Assembly (NCBI GenBank): GCA_026396515.1
Contig: JAPLWQ010000005.1
Coordinates: 8,011-72,010 of the forward strand
Direction: 5' to 3'
Length of the DNA stretch: 64,000 bases
Origin: Candidatus Magasanikiibacteriota bacterium
GTDB lineage: Bacteria > Patescibacteriota > Patescibacteriia > Magasanikbacterales > GWA2-37-8
The first letter of the stretch is position 1; each line of letters begins with the position of its first letter. Under the pieces are notes generated by a model, which saw only the letters and a program-made list of their open reading frames with translations, was not told the origin of the DNA and made no database searches. Made by a program: the position numbers and the translations under genes. Below are positions 1-10,687 of this stretch, piece by piece.

Positions 1-1
1 T

Positions 2-3000
2 GGCCCGATTAAAGTCGTGCGCGCGGACGCGCCGACCGATGGTTCAGATGATACCATCAGAAAATATACTGATGTCACCGATACTGACGGCTGGGGTATT
101 GACGAAGACTACACTGTCACCAATGTTTTAAAACCCGGTCTTTGCGCGCTTATACCAAATTATGGCGCTCCGTATGTCACTACCACATTGATCGGTGAAA
201 ATTTTGGCGCCACCAACAATTCGGCGCAGGACAAAGTAATGTTCAGTTCTTCCACCGCGCTAATTCGCAGTTGGGCAAGCCGTTCTGTTGGGGCACGCGT
301 ACCGGCGCTTGGCACTGGGCCGGTGGCAGTAAAAATATATAATGAAGGAGAAGGCAGTAACGCCGTTCGTTTTGATGTGCGCGAATCGCTGGATAAGGAC
401 GCGCCGGTGATTGAAAGCATTAACCCGGAAAAAGGCGCCAAGGGCGAATACATTACCATCATCGGCAAAAATTTTGGAAATAATTTAGGAAAAGTTTTAT
501 TTAAACTTGATGGCGGTGGAGAAGCAAAATATGGCAGTTTCAGTTTTCCGGCTGATTGCGAGGGCTCAACCTGGTCAAATAATCAGATAATCGTAAAATT
601 TCCCGAAGATGATGCGATCGCGGTTAATCATAAATATACCGTTCAGATTCAACGTTCCAGTGATGCGAAAATTGGTCCGATCGGCGCGGAGTTTGCCCTG
701 CAAACCGGCGATCCGGCTCCGGGCATTTGTAAATTAGATCCCAGCTCCGGTCCGGTTCCATTTAATCCGAGCAGTTCAATGAAAATTTATGGTGAGTATT
801 ATCAGCGCGGCGGTGCGTCTTCAACCCCGTATTTCTGGCAACTGGAAGCCTCAACCACCACAATAGAAAATCGCGCTCAAACTACCGACATTGTTCAGGA
901 GACCGATCAACAGGCCGAATTTAGACCGCCAAATGGTTCGCAAACCGGCCCAGTGGTGATGTACCGCGACAAAATGGGAAATAGTTTGCCATTCACTGTT
1001 TATAATTGTTTGGAGAATAACAAAACCTGCTATACGGCGGGCACACATTGTTGCCCGAGTGGCGCCACCGATGCCGGAGCGTGCAAAGAATTATGCGCCG
1101 GAGAAACCAGAGCCACCGGTTATATGTGGCGCTTTAGTACCGGGCCATTTCCTCCGGTACCGAAGGTTTTAGAGCGCTGCGATGCGGGGACCGATGCCGG
1201 AGCCAATTTGCCGTCTCCTTCGCCGGATATTCGTTGGACCGGGCTCGGCAACTTTGACCATTTTAACGCCTGTCGGACCGCCCTCGTGAATATTGAGTTT
1301 ACCATGAAGATGGATCCGCTCACGGTCAATGCAAGTAATATTCAAATATATAAATGCGTCAGCTCGAGTGTTACCACCACCTTTGCCAATGACAATAATA
1401 TTTGCACGCACGAAGGCGACTCTCTTCTTTTAGCCGATGGCAGTTATGACCTTGAGTCGGCGTCCGGTGGTGAGTTCAGTGACACCAGTTTCATGCAGCT
1501 TTTTCCTTCCGCTTTGAAATGGGCGGACAATACTTGGTATCAGGTTGTTTTGAAAAAAGGAATCAAATCATTGGCGAGCCAATATGAATACAAAGGTGAA
1601 ATAAAAACACTGCCATCGCAAAATCTTGTCACCAATAATCCGTGCGGTACTGATACGGCTTATTGTTTTCTTTTTAAAACTAATGCCCGCGACTGTAAAT
1701 TAAACAAGGTGGTTGTTACGCCGTATTCATACTGGACTTCCATTTTGGAGTCGCCGGTTAAATATAGAACCATAAAAAGCAATGCCGATGACTTGGGGTC
1801 GGATTTATATTACAAAGGAAACGGTTTGAGCGATCAGCATTGTATCATGATGGATATGCGCAGTTTCAATTGGAGTTGGGATACGGAACTGCATCCTTAT
1901 TCCACAATCTACGGCACAACCACTTTGCAGAAAGCGCAAGTAACCGCTTTAGCCAATACAGTAGCGGTTGGGCTGACCACTCCGGACAACGCAGTGGCGA
2001 TTCAAGCACGCGCGTATAGAGATGGGAGCAGTGCGCCGACGCCACCCCCGGCAGAAGAGAGTGGAGTTGTTGACGTAACGGAAGGCCTGGTTGCTTGGTG
2101 GAATTTTGATGGGGATGTTGATAGCAATGCGGATGGAAAAAGGGAAACAATAATTGACAGCATTGGTGGCCATAATGGAAATGCGTCTGCGAGCGGTGTG
2201 GAGGACATTGAAGATGGAAAAATTGGGAGAGCATTGAAATTGGATGGAATTAGCGGAAAAATTAACTTGGGCTCTCCGGAAGGTTACCCCAGCGGAACCA
2301 GCCCACGCACTATGTGTGGTTGGGGGAGACCGGAAAGTATAATCGATGGTTATGGCTGGCGCTGGATAATGGCATATGGTAACGGCGCACAAGGGGAAGC
2401 CATGTTTATTGGAATGGATGGCGCCATATTAGACGGTGGCGCTTATGGAGCCGACTATGATCTTACTGTAAATAATTTTTGGACAGCTGGTGTTTGGCAC
2501 CACGTTTGTTTGGTGTATGATGGTGCAAAAGCGATACTATATGGAGACGGGTCAAATAGAAAGGAGATGACTGTAGCTTGGAATCTGCAACCGGTCGCAT
2601 CATTTATAGGCGCACAAGCATCAGGCATCGAATTTTGGAAGGGTGCAGTAGATGATATTAGAATTTATAATCGCGCTTTATCTGCTGAAGAAGTATCGAG
2701 GGTGTATCAGTTTGGTAATTCCGGCGGGAGCGGTGGTTCGGAACCGGAAGGTGGCGGAACTATCACACCTGAAGACAAAACCGGCCAAAGCCCTCTCACT
2801 ATTGATTTATCGCATCCGAAAGTGGTTGATTATTGGCCGAAATGTCTGGAAGCGTGCACCAACGCGGAAATTGGCGCCAAGTTTAATGTGATAATGGCAA
2901 ATGCACATATTAATGAAGGAGTGGTTAAGTTAGCAAGGTGCCTGGACGAAAACTGTACAAGTCTTGAGTATATTACATCAGATTTGAGCAGAGAACTTGA

Positions 3001-6000
3001 TCCGTCTGACCGCCGCTATTTAAAGATGAGTTTTGGCATAGCGGGGGGTGAGCTTGCAACAGATACGGTGTATCAAGTCACTTTGTCGACGACAGGCAGC
3101 AGTACGGCGATGTCAGATATTCAACTCTGGTCCGGTGCCAGCTCAACCAACGAATATGTAAAGGCAAAGCCAATGCAGGAGGCTTTTACTTGGCGTTTTA
3201 GAACAAAAAAAGAAAAATGCGTTCTTGATACGGTAAATATTATCCCGACTCTTTTCCAATCGGTGTTCATCCACGACCGCCATGTTTATTCCGCGGAAGC
3301 GCGGTCGGCGCCCGATGCCTGCGATCCAAAAGGTCAGCGGCTGGATACGTGGTCAATTGATTGGCGCTGGCAATCAAGCTCAACCAGCACTGCCGTGGTA
3401 CAAGAATTTAAAACAAAAGGACGCAGTCCGCTCTGTAATGACAATTGCACCAGGAAAGGAAGCGATGTAACTTCCGATGCCTTGATGTTTGAACCGCTCT
3501 GTGGAAATAATATTATTGAAGCGGGTGAAGACTGCGACCCGCCGTTTATCAGTGTTACCGGAGCTGTGACCACTACTGTGTGTACCTTAAATTGTTTACG
3601 ATTGGGAAATACTAATACTACCAATACAATTCAGACCTCCGATATTGGTTTATGCGGTGATGGATTTGTTAACACTTTAACGCGCAGTGAAGAGTGCGAT
3701 CCGAATAATACGGCGACAAAAGCCGGGTGTTCAAAAAATTGTCTGCATATTGGTTCAATTCCGACTACCGGTGCGGAAGACGTAGCCGCCTCAATTTGCG
3801 GCAACGGAAAGATTGGTATAGGTGAAGAGTGCGATTTGGGCGTGGAGGTGGATTATACAAAAACAAGCTCATCTTTGAAATGCTCACCGACCTGTTTGCA
3901 TTTGGGCACGAGCTTATCGGCCGGGTGGTGCGCGGGAAATACTTCCACGCTGTTTAATGCGGTTGAATACAAGGCCGCCTGCGCTAAATCAAAAAGCCAG
4001 TGCGGAGATGGAATCAGAAGTCCGTCGGAAGATGCCGGTTGTGATTGTGGATTTGCCACCCAAACTCCTCATGGGACTGCACCGTTTGACCACATGTGTT
4101 ATTGCGGTGATTATCTCCATGAAATTTCCGCTGACGCGCTGAATCACTGTCCTAGAGTGAATCCGGCCTGTTCCTCAAATTGTCTCGGCAATTCGCGCTT
4201 GTTGTCTGAATGCGACCCGCGTACCACAACCACTATAGGAGGAATAGATATTGTCACGGCGAGAGAAGGCTGCGGTGAAAATAATCAGTATCTGGGATCG
4301 TCGCTTATGTATTCAGAGCCGTCTCTTTGCGGTGATACTATTGTTGGAATAGGGGAGGAAGCAGACTGCGAGGCGGGCTTTCTATTTACCCATCCTTTCT
4401 TTGATCCGTGGACTTTGGCGACCGGTGTCGGGCTCGGCGCAGTTGCCACAAATTCAAGCGGTATCCCGTCACAAATAGCCGACATTCAAGGCACCGGTTC
4501 CTCAACGGTTAATAATAAAACATACAGAAAATCAGATATCGGGAAATTTGAAATTATCTGCGGATTTAGCCAGGATGTTGAATGTAAAGATTTGCTCGGG
4601 GATGACTATGGTTTAGCCAGCAATTCCTGTTGCATGCCGCGTCCGTGGCTTATCAGCACTTACCCTATCAAAAATGACGCCCATCCGCCGTCTGACATTT
4701 GTCCGAATACATATATTGAAGCCAAATTTAATCACCTGATAGATGAAGCGTCTTTGGCCAATCATATATATGTGGCCCGTGGATATGATACCACCACTTC
4801 TTGTCCGGCCGGTTCTACCAACGTGTCGCCGTTAGTATTAGACGTTAAGACGTTGGGGCTCGATAGCGGGCCGTGGTATAAGCGCTTGTGGCATGGCATC
4901 GTCAATTGGTTTGCCCGAATTTTTGGCGACGAAACCAAAGCCGCGCCGTTTGTGATAAATTCCACAGTATATTGTTCGGAAGATGGTTTGCTTGCTCCGG
5001 CAAAAGTGTTTGTGGAAGGTCAAATGATCGGCGTGGGCACCACTTCCACCGTTATGATCCGTTTGCAGAGGCCATTAGCGACCAGCAGTGATTATGTGGT
5101 TATTCTCGGCCATGGTGTCAGAGATATACAGGGGGTTAGCATAGCCACTTCAACCTTGCAGTGGAAATTTATCACCGGCGATAAAATTTGTGAGTTGAAT
5201 AAAGTGGCGATTACTCCTGATAATTACATGTATAATAGGGCCGGTACTTCAAATAATTTTATTGCCAGTTCAACCGCGGTAAATGGACAAGTAATTCAGC
5301 CGGTAGACGGCTACAGGTGGGAATATGAATGGAGCCCGATGCAAAGCGAGTACGTTTCTTTAACCAACACCACCGACACGATCAATTTGGTGACCGCAAA
5401 AAACAGAAATGGCGAACTCGATTTATTGGCTACCACCAAATTTACCGAAAATTTATTTTTCCCCGACTCGCCGTCTCTAAGCGGCAAATCGCGCATTACG
5501 GTTTTCATCTGCGAAAACCCGTGGCCGTCTTCTTCCACGGTTCAGTTTCCATTTAAAGATATTCAATACGATTTTTCTTCTTATTATTGCATGGATAAAG
5601 GCAGTCCGGGTTTTGCCGATGATATGCCATTCGTAACTTCTTCGCGTGTTTGGATCCAAGAAGCGAACCCGTTCAAAAAACGATATTTGTTTACCAATTC
5701 TGATAATAAGGATGCCATTGGCATGCAAGTGTTTTACAACACAAGACACCTGTCAGTTAATGATTGGTATTTGGCACAGGGCTTCAGCGGTAATATGAAT
5801 TCGCTGAAGATTGACGGTTATGACGCGATTAGTGATAACAATAATTATTATATTGATGCTTTGGATTATTCTCAACCAGAGGAAGGTCTTTATTCCAACA
5901 TTTATCAATTTAGCATAAATAATGATGCTACGGCGGACGGCAAAGAAATATTCAAGCAGATGATGGAAAATTTGAAGTTTAACATGGGGTTGAAGAATGA

Positions 6001-9000
6001 CAAATATTGCGCCGCCGGGTACGGCTTGCTGGATACGGTCAATTTCAATTTGACCTGTGAAAATGATTTGGATTGTCTGGCGAAAATGGAAGCGCTTAAA
6101 AAAGTTGAACCGGGGGCAGCGGACACTTATAGCTGTTTAAATCAAAAAGACAAACTGCAAAGAAACTACCAGCGTCTTAAGGACTTACGCCAGACGATTG
6201 GCATATTAAATTATGGCAGAGGCATGATTGCGTATTGGCCGTTGGATAGTATCTCAAACAGTTCCACTCCGGATACGACCGGCAGAGGGTTTGTCGGAGC
6301 AGCCATGAATGGCGTTGGCGGCAGCATCCAGACAACATACGGCTCGGAAAGCGGGGCGATTCAAATAAAATCGCCGGCATATGTTGAAATTGGAAAACCG
6401 ACCGACATTGGCGACCGATCATTCACTATCGCGCATTGGATAAAAACAACCTCTTCGCAGTACCAGGCATATACTGTTTCCAATTGTAATCTCGGTGACG
6501 GATATCGTATGGGAATTTCACAGGGTAAAATGGTTGCTTTGATTGGCAATGCGACAGATTATAAATTGGCTTTTAATTGTTCTTCTAGCACGGTTAACGA
6601 TGGAAAATGGCATCACATTGCCGCGGTTTTTGATCGGGGCAATTCCATAAAATGTTATGTTGATGGAGTGCTAGACGGAACGGTAAGTTTATCAGGCAGG
6701 AAATTCCTAGGGATGAAAGAGGATACTACCCACAAGACGCGCATTGGAACACCGCAGTGTATTTCAGATAGATGTATGAAATGCACGACGAATGGCTTGC
6801 CATCCGGCCCGCTTATTCCCGGCTGTGACAGTGTTTTCATCGGAGAGTTTGACGATGTTCGTATATATAGCCGGATTTTGCCCGATGCGGAACTTTACGA
6901 TTTAGCGCAGGGAGGCATTCACCAATATAAAGGCAATTATCCGATAGTAAAAGAAAATTCTTATCTAAACGGCCAGGCCCTAAGTGTTTGGGGCAATTCA
7001 TGGACTCAACTTGGGACAGAAGCGGGTGCTACACTGCCGGTCGACCCGATAAATAAATTGGTTCAAAGCGGAACTTGTTTTCAGAAAACGGGCCTTGCCT
7101 ATTTGCCTTGCTATAAAGATTCTGACTGTGCCACGCCGCCGCAACTTGGCAGTAGACAAAGTTATTGGTCGGCTGATTATGAAACAGCAGATGAAGGTAT
7201 TTTGAAAAATAATGCCGCCATTGAGGGTTCTGTTGACTATGACACGGGCAAAGGGCATGGTATGGCCTTTCTGTTTGCCGGTGATGCCTCCGCTGAAGTG
7301 ATGGCGGCGCATAAAGCAGAATATAATAGCACCCAGTTCACATTATCCGCCTGGATATATCCGACCAAAAAGAATACCGCCACTATTATTAAACACGGCG
7401 GTACTGATGCAAATGGTATTAGCCAGGGCGGTTTTGTGCTTGAGTATAGCGGCTTTTGGTCGGGTTTGGTCGGGCCAAGTATTGTTTCCAGGTTTAATAA
7501 TGGAACCGTGCGGTTTGCAGTCTTTACGACTTCAACTTCAGAAAATAAATATTATGCCCTGGATTCCAATGGCACTCCGCTGGCACTAAATCAATGGCAT
7601 CAGGTGGTAGTTACCGTTGATAGAGACAATAAGACAATGGATATGTACATTGACGGGGTTCACCAGACAAATCAGGCAAGGCGCCCCGATGGACAATTGG
7701 CGGATTTCAGCACCGGTTTCCCGATGGAGACGAATATTGCCAATATTGAAATTGGTCAAAGCTTTAACGGCAAAATTGATAATATTGCCTATTATGATTC
7801 TGCATTTGACGCGACCGAGACTCTTGACCTCTATAAAGGGTTGTGCATATTGCATGACCCGACAACCGGCTGGAGCGCTGAAGACCGCCGGTTTAGTTTT
7901 GCCTGTAATACCACCTCCTATGCTTATCGGTATCAATATGTAAGTTCAACCAACTCATTTTTACTGCGCGCGAACATGGAACGCTTTGAAAATATTCCGC
8001 CTGCCATTAGCAGTGCTTTTTATAAAGATTTTTATGGTGACTACGCGAATTTGTCGACTGGCATCTGCATCGGAACCAACGAGATTTCTTCGCCTTACAA
8101 TTTAGTGTGCGGTGATGGAGTGCTCGGCGGATCCGAAGTGTGCGACCCGCCTGGAAAAATTGAAATTGATTCATCTCCTTGCCCGACTGGCCAAGCAAAA
8201 AAGAGAATATGTTCCGCGGGTTGCGCTTCTTGGGGTGCATGGACAGATGTAGGTTGCTATTCTGTCACCGGCGGTTCTTGTGGAGATGGTAAAGTGCAAA
8301 CGCTTGCCGGAGAGAAGTGTGATGACGGCGCTTTGAACGGCCAGAGCGGGCGGTGCGCGCTTGGGTGTCAGGGTGTGGCAAATACGTGTGGTAATGGACT
8401 CCTTGATTACGGGGAATTTTGCGATACGGTAACAGCAACAGGCCAATGCGAATTTATATCTGGCGCTGAATATACTATTGACCCAAAAAGTGAGCCCATA
8501 TTCTACTTTTTGGTAGATTTGACCGGGACGATGAATACCGGATTTCCCGGTGCTCCGCCCCCGGGGAATAGAGTGGCTATGGTAAAGTATTCGTTACCCC
8601 TTATTGCTGAACGTTTTAGCGACCCTGATTCCAAAGCCAAAATAGGAGTCGGATCGTATAATTGCCCTGTCAATTCTTTCCATAATAAAAATTGGCTGTC
8701 AGGCACAAAGGGGTATTTTACTTCTTCTCAGGTGACGACAGCCATCTCGACCATGGATCACCAGAACGGTCAAAATACTGACAGTGTTTTTGATTGGTTT
8801 AGGGATACAATTTATCCGATATTAAATAGTGGAGCGGACGCGGGTAAACCAATTAATCTGGTTTATATTACCGACGGGGGCGCTTCGGGGTCGTGCACGC
8901 CTTACGGCGCTGCATGCCCAACTGCCAAAATTACCGCTTTGGCTGCTGAGCCCTACAAAGTAGTTACGCATATCATCGGAGTCGGCGCTGCGTCGGGATG

Positions 9001-9838
9001 TAATCTCGCAGCCATGGCGGCCGCGGGCGGTGGCCAATATCATCAGATTACTACGGGCGCTGATGCGTTAGCTGATGCAATGGTTGAAATATACAAAAAA
9101 CCCTGCGAACAATACGCACAATATAATGCCTATTCCTGCCGTTGGGATTGTAAGGCATATGGGGAATATTGCGGAGATGGTATTGTACAAACAGAAAGCG
9201 GCGAAGAATGCGAGGCGGATAAAAATTGCACTCTCACGAGCGGCGAGGCAGGAAAACAAAAATGCGATATGTGTAAGCTCGGAGACTGTGAAGCTGTTGT
9301 GGAAGTGACAGTACCCGGCCAATGCGGAAATGACGTGGTAGAAGAAGACGAGGCCTGTGATCGCGGAGATTATAATGGAATAGCCTGCGACCCGCTGTAT
9401 CCGCAGAAAAATTGTACCTATTGTTCGTCAGATTGTCGTAATGTGATAACCGTGGATAACTTATGCGGGAACGGAGTACCGGACTTCACAGCAGGAGAAA
9501 TGTGCGATCCTGAAGGGCCGACAAAAGGTTTTCTGCGCTTACTTTATACTTATATTGATAAATGTTTTCCGTGTAAAAATGATTGTTCCGGGTGGGATGT
9601 TGCCCTGGGTGTAACCAATAGCTCGGGAAGCGGATGCGCAGGTACCACCTATGGTTATTGTGGTGACGGCAATAAAGATACGGTGCTTTTACCGACCGGG
9701 GCTTCTTCAGGTTATGAACAATGCGATGGAGACGATGGTGTTGAAGCTTGTACGAACAGTTGTCCATCTGGTCAAGTACGCGTGTGTTCGGCCGGGTGTA
9801 TGTGTAGTTGTGGATATATGACCGTTGGGCCATTATAG
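2..9838 (+). CDS. Giant secreted adhesin-like multidomain protein, 5'-truncated at the window edge. It carries IPT/TIG-like N-terminal repeats, three LamG (concanavalin-like) domains, about 20 Cys-rich CGDG..E.CD repeats and a VWA domain
   Basis: The 3273-aa ORF (track: 17..9838) has a reading frame open back to nt 2, so the true start lies upstream. IPT-like motifs are visible (ITIIGKNFG). Three LamG-like blocks end in DDIRIYNRALSAEEV, DDVRIYSRILPDAELYDL and NIAYYDSAFDATETLDLY. Repeats such as CGDGIVQTESGEECD and CGNGKIGIGEECD recur. A VWA-like block reads FYFLVDLTGTMN...ITDGGASG...IIGVGAA. Confidence 0.8.
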   Translation, partial: GPIKVVRADAPTDGSDDTIRKYTDVTDTDGWGIDEDYTVTNVLKPGLCALIPNYGAPYVTTTLIGENFGATNNSAQDKVMFSSSTALIRSWASRSVGARVPALGTGPVAVKIYNEGEGSNAVRFDVRESLDKDAPVIESINPEKGAKGEYITIIGKNFGNNLGKVLFKLDGGGEAKYGSFSFPADCEGSTWSNNQIIVKFPEDDAIAVNHKYTVQIQRSSDAKIGPIGAEFALQTGDPAPGICKLDPSSGPVPFNPSSSMKIYGEYYQRGGASSTPYFWQLEASTTTIENRAQTTDIVQETDQQAEFRPPNGSQTGPVVMYRDKMGNSLPFTVYNCLENNKTCYTAGTHCCPSGATDAGACKELCAGETRATGYMWRFSTGPFPPVPKVLERCDAGTDAGANLPSPSPDIRWTGLGNFDHFNACRTALVNIEFTMKMDPLTVNASNIQIYKCVSSSVTTTFANDNNICTHEGDSLLLADGSYDLESASGGEFSDTSFMQLFPSALKWADNTWYQVVLKKGIKSLASQYEYKGEIKTLPSQNLVTNNPCGTDTAYCFLFKTNARDCKLNKVVVTPYSYWTSILESPVKYRTIKSNADDLGSDLYYKGNGLSDQHCIMMDMRSFNWSWDTELHPYSTIYGTTTLQKAQVTALANTVAVGLTTPDNAVAIQARAYRDGSSAPTPPPAEESGVVDVTEGLVAWWNFDGDVDSNADGKRETIIDSIGGHNGNASASGVEDIEDGKIGRALKLDGISGKINLGSPEGYPSGTSPRTMCGWGRPESIIDGYGWRWIMAYGNGAQGEAMFIGMDGAILDGGAYGADYDLTVNNFWTAGVWHHVCLVYDGAKAILYGDGSNRKEMTVAWNLQPVASFIGAQASGIEFWKGAVDDIRIYNRALSAEEVSRVYQFGNSGGSGGSEPEGGGTITPEDKTGQSPLTIDLSHPKVVDYWPKCLEACTNAEIGAKFNVIMANAHINEGVVKLARCLDENCTSLEYITSDLSRELDPSDRRYLKMSFGIAGGELATDTVYQVTLSTTGSSTAMSDIQLWSGASSTNEYVKAKPMQEAFTWRFRTKKEKCVLDTVNIIPTLFQSVFIHDRHVYSAEARSAPDACDPKGQRLDTWSIDWRWQSSSTSTAVVQEFKTKGRSPLCNDNCTRKGSDVTSDALMFEPLCGNNIIEAGEDCDPPFISVTGAVTTTVCTLNCLRLGNTNTTNTIQTSDIGLCGDGFVNTLTRSEECDPNNTATKAGCSKNCLHIGSIPTTGAEDVAASICGNGKIGIGEECDLGVEVDYTKTSSSLKCSPTCLHLGTSLSAGWCAGNTSTLFNAVEYKAACAKSKSQCGDGIRSPSEDAGCDCGFATQTPHGTAPFDHMCYCGDYLHEISADALNHCPRVNPACSSNCLGNSRLLSECDPRTTTTIGGIDIVTAREGCGENNQYLGSSLMYSEPSLCGDTIVGIGEEADCEAGFLFTHPFFDPWTLATGVGLGAVATNSSGIPSQIADIQGTGSSTVNNKTYRKSDIGKFEIICGFSQDVECKDLLGDDYGLASNSCCMPRPWLISTYPIKNDAHPPSDICPNTYIEAKFNHLIDEASLANHIYVARGYDTTTSCPAGSTNVSPLVLDVKTLGLDSGPWYKRLWHGIVNWFARIFGDETKAAPFVINSTVYCSEDGLLAPAKVFVEGQMIGVGTTSTVMIRLQRPLATSSDYVVILGHGVRDIQGVSIATSTLQWKFITGDKICELNKVAITPDNYMYNRAGTSNNFIASSTAVNGQVIQPVDGYRWEYEWSPMQSEYVSLTNTTDTINLVTAKNRNGELDLLATTKFTENLFFPDSPSLSGKSRITVFICENPWPSSSTVQFPFKDIQYDFSSYYCMDKGSPGFADDMPFVTSSRVWIQEANPFKKRYLFTNSDNKDAIGMQVFYNTRHLSVNDWYLAQGFSGNMNSLKIDGYDAISDNNNYYIDALDYSQPEEGLYSNIYQFSINNDATADGKEIFKQMMENLKFNMGLKNDKYCAAGYGLLDTVNFNLTCENDLDCLAKMEALKKVEPGAADTYSCLNQKDKLQRNYQRLKDLRQTIGILNYGRGMIAYWPLDSISNSSTPDTTGRGFVGAAMNGVGGSIQTTYGSESGAIQIKSPAYVEIGKPTDIGDRSFTIAHWIKTTSSQYQAYTVSNCNLGDGYRMGISQGKMVALIGNATDYKLAFNCSSSTVNDGKWHHIAAVFDRGNSIKCYVDGVLDGTVSLSGRKFLGMKEDTTHKTRIGTPQCISDRCMKCTTNGLPSGPLIPGCDSVFIGEFDDVRIYSRILPDAELYDLAQGGIHQYKGNYPIVKENSYLNGQALSVWGNSWTQLGTEAGATLPVDPINKLVQSGTCFQKTGLAYLPCYKDSDCATPPQLGSRQSYWSADYETADEGILKNNAAIEGSVDYDTGKGHGMAFLFAGDASAEVMAAHKAEYNSTQFTLSAWIYPTKKNTATIIKHGGTDANGISQGGFVLEYSGFWSGLVGPSIVSRFNNGTVRFAVFTTSTSENKYYALDSNGTPLALNQWHQVVVTVDRDNKTMDMYIDGVHQTNQARRPDGQLADFSTGFPMETNIANIEIGQSFNGKIDNIAYYDSAFDATETLDLYKGLCILHDPTTGWSAEDRRFSFACNTTSYAYRYQYVSSTNSFLLRANMERFENIPPAISSAFYKDFYGDYANLSTGICIGTNEISSPYNLVCGDGVLGGSEVCDPPGKIEIDSSPCPTGQAKKRICSAGCASWGAWTDVGCYSVTGGSCGDGKVQTLAGEKCDDGALNGQSGRCALGCQGVANTCGNGLLDYGEFCDTVTATGQCEFISGAEYTIDPKSEPIFYFLVDLTGTMNTGFPGAPPPGNRVAMVKYSLPLIAERFSDPDSKAKIGVGSYNCPVNSFHNKNWLSGTKGYFTSSQVTTAISTMDHQNGQNTDSVFDWFRDTIYPILNSGADAGKPINLVYITDGGASGSCTPYGAACPTAKITALAAEPYKVVTHIIGVGAASGCNLAAMAAAGGGQYHQITTGADALADAMVEIYKKPCEQYAQYNAYSCRWDCKAYGEYCGDGIVQTESGEECEADKNCTLTSGEAGKQKCDMCKLGDCEAVVEVTVPGQCGNDVVEEDEACDRGDYNGIACDPLYPQKNCTYCSSDCRNVITVDNLCGNGVPDFTAGEMCDPEGPTKGFLRLLYTYIDKCFPCKNDCSGWDVALGVTNSSGSGCAGTTYGYCGDGNKDTVLLPTGASSGYEQCDGDDGVEACTNSCPSGQVRVCSAGCMCSCGYMTVGPL

Positions 9839-9866
9839 AAAATAATAATATAACGTAATTTATAAT

Positions 9867-10685
9867 ATGTTTGACGACATCCCAACCAAAAATTCCACGC
9901 CGCCGCAAAATTTACCAACCGAACCGGTGGATATGTTTGCCGGTGTAGCAGAAGATACTGAAGGCCCATCGGCTCTTGACGCCGGCATACTGCGAAAAAA
10001 ATCTGCGGGCGTGCAAGTGCCGCCGGCTGAAATGGCACAAGGCGGAGAACCCGTAGTTTATTCCGTAAAGGAGCCGGTCTTAGGCAAAGTCATTGGTTTT
10101 TTCATCTTTCTGGTTGTGGCCGCAGTAGTTGGTTATGGCGGTTGGCGGCTATATGCATATTTCACCCAAAAAAGCGCTACCACACCGTCGGTTGATGCCA
10201 ATATTCCCGCTGAAGAACAGCAGCCCATTACAGAAACCGAAGAGCCGTCTGAGGTGCCTTTAGACGCAGAATCAGGTATGACACCCGATACAGGCAACGA
10301 ATCAGCGACTACGAGCAGCGGTACAGCAAACTACCAGATTCAATTTGGCGAGCCGGTGGACACTGATAAAGACGGGTTGGATGATACAAAAGAGGAGGAA
10401 GCAAAAACAGATATGAATAACCCTGATACGGATGCCGATGGTTTGACGGACGGTGATGAAGTGATTATCTGGAAAACCAATCCATTAAATCCGGATACGG
10501 ATGGCGATAGCTACTTGGATGGCGATGAAGTCAGGCACGGATACAATCCGTTGGGCGATGGGAAGTTATTTAACGGACAGAATTCTGTAACCAGCTCTAA
10601 CGGCGGATCAGATGTTACAACTTCAACCGCCACAACAACCGCTTCAACCTCAACTGATGAAAATAATGGCAATGTGGACCTATAA
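9867..10685 (+). CDS. Membrane-anchored protein with thrombospondin type-3-like Ca-binding repeats
   Basis: 272-aa ORF with a TM helix (VIGFFIFLVVAAVVGYGGW) and repeated DTDKDGLDD / DTDADGLTDGDE / DTDGDSYLDGDE motifs. Confidence 0.6.
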   Translation: MFDDIPTKNSTPPQNLPTEPVDMFAGVAEDTEGPSALDAGILRKKSAGVQVPPAEMAQGGEPVVYSVKEPVLGKVIGFFIFLVVAAVVGYGGWRLYAYFTQKSATTPSVDANIPAEEQQPITETEEPSEVPLDAESGMTPDTGNESATTSSGTANYQIQFGEPVDTDKDGLDDTKEEEAKTDMNNPDTDADGLTDGDEVIIWKTNPLNPDTDGDSYLDGDEVRHGYNPLGDGKLFNGQNSVTSSNGGSDVTTSTATTTASTSTDENNGNVDL

Positions 10686-10687
10686 AT

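Noticed and set aside
3480-9800. Highly periodic ~100-nt repeats in the giant gene, a possible CRISPR-like repeat array
   Set aside because: The periodicity is at the protein level (CGDG...ECD modules) inside one continuous ORF. There are no identical short direct repeats with unique spacers and no cas genes.
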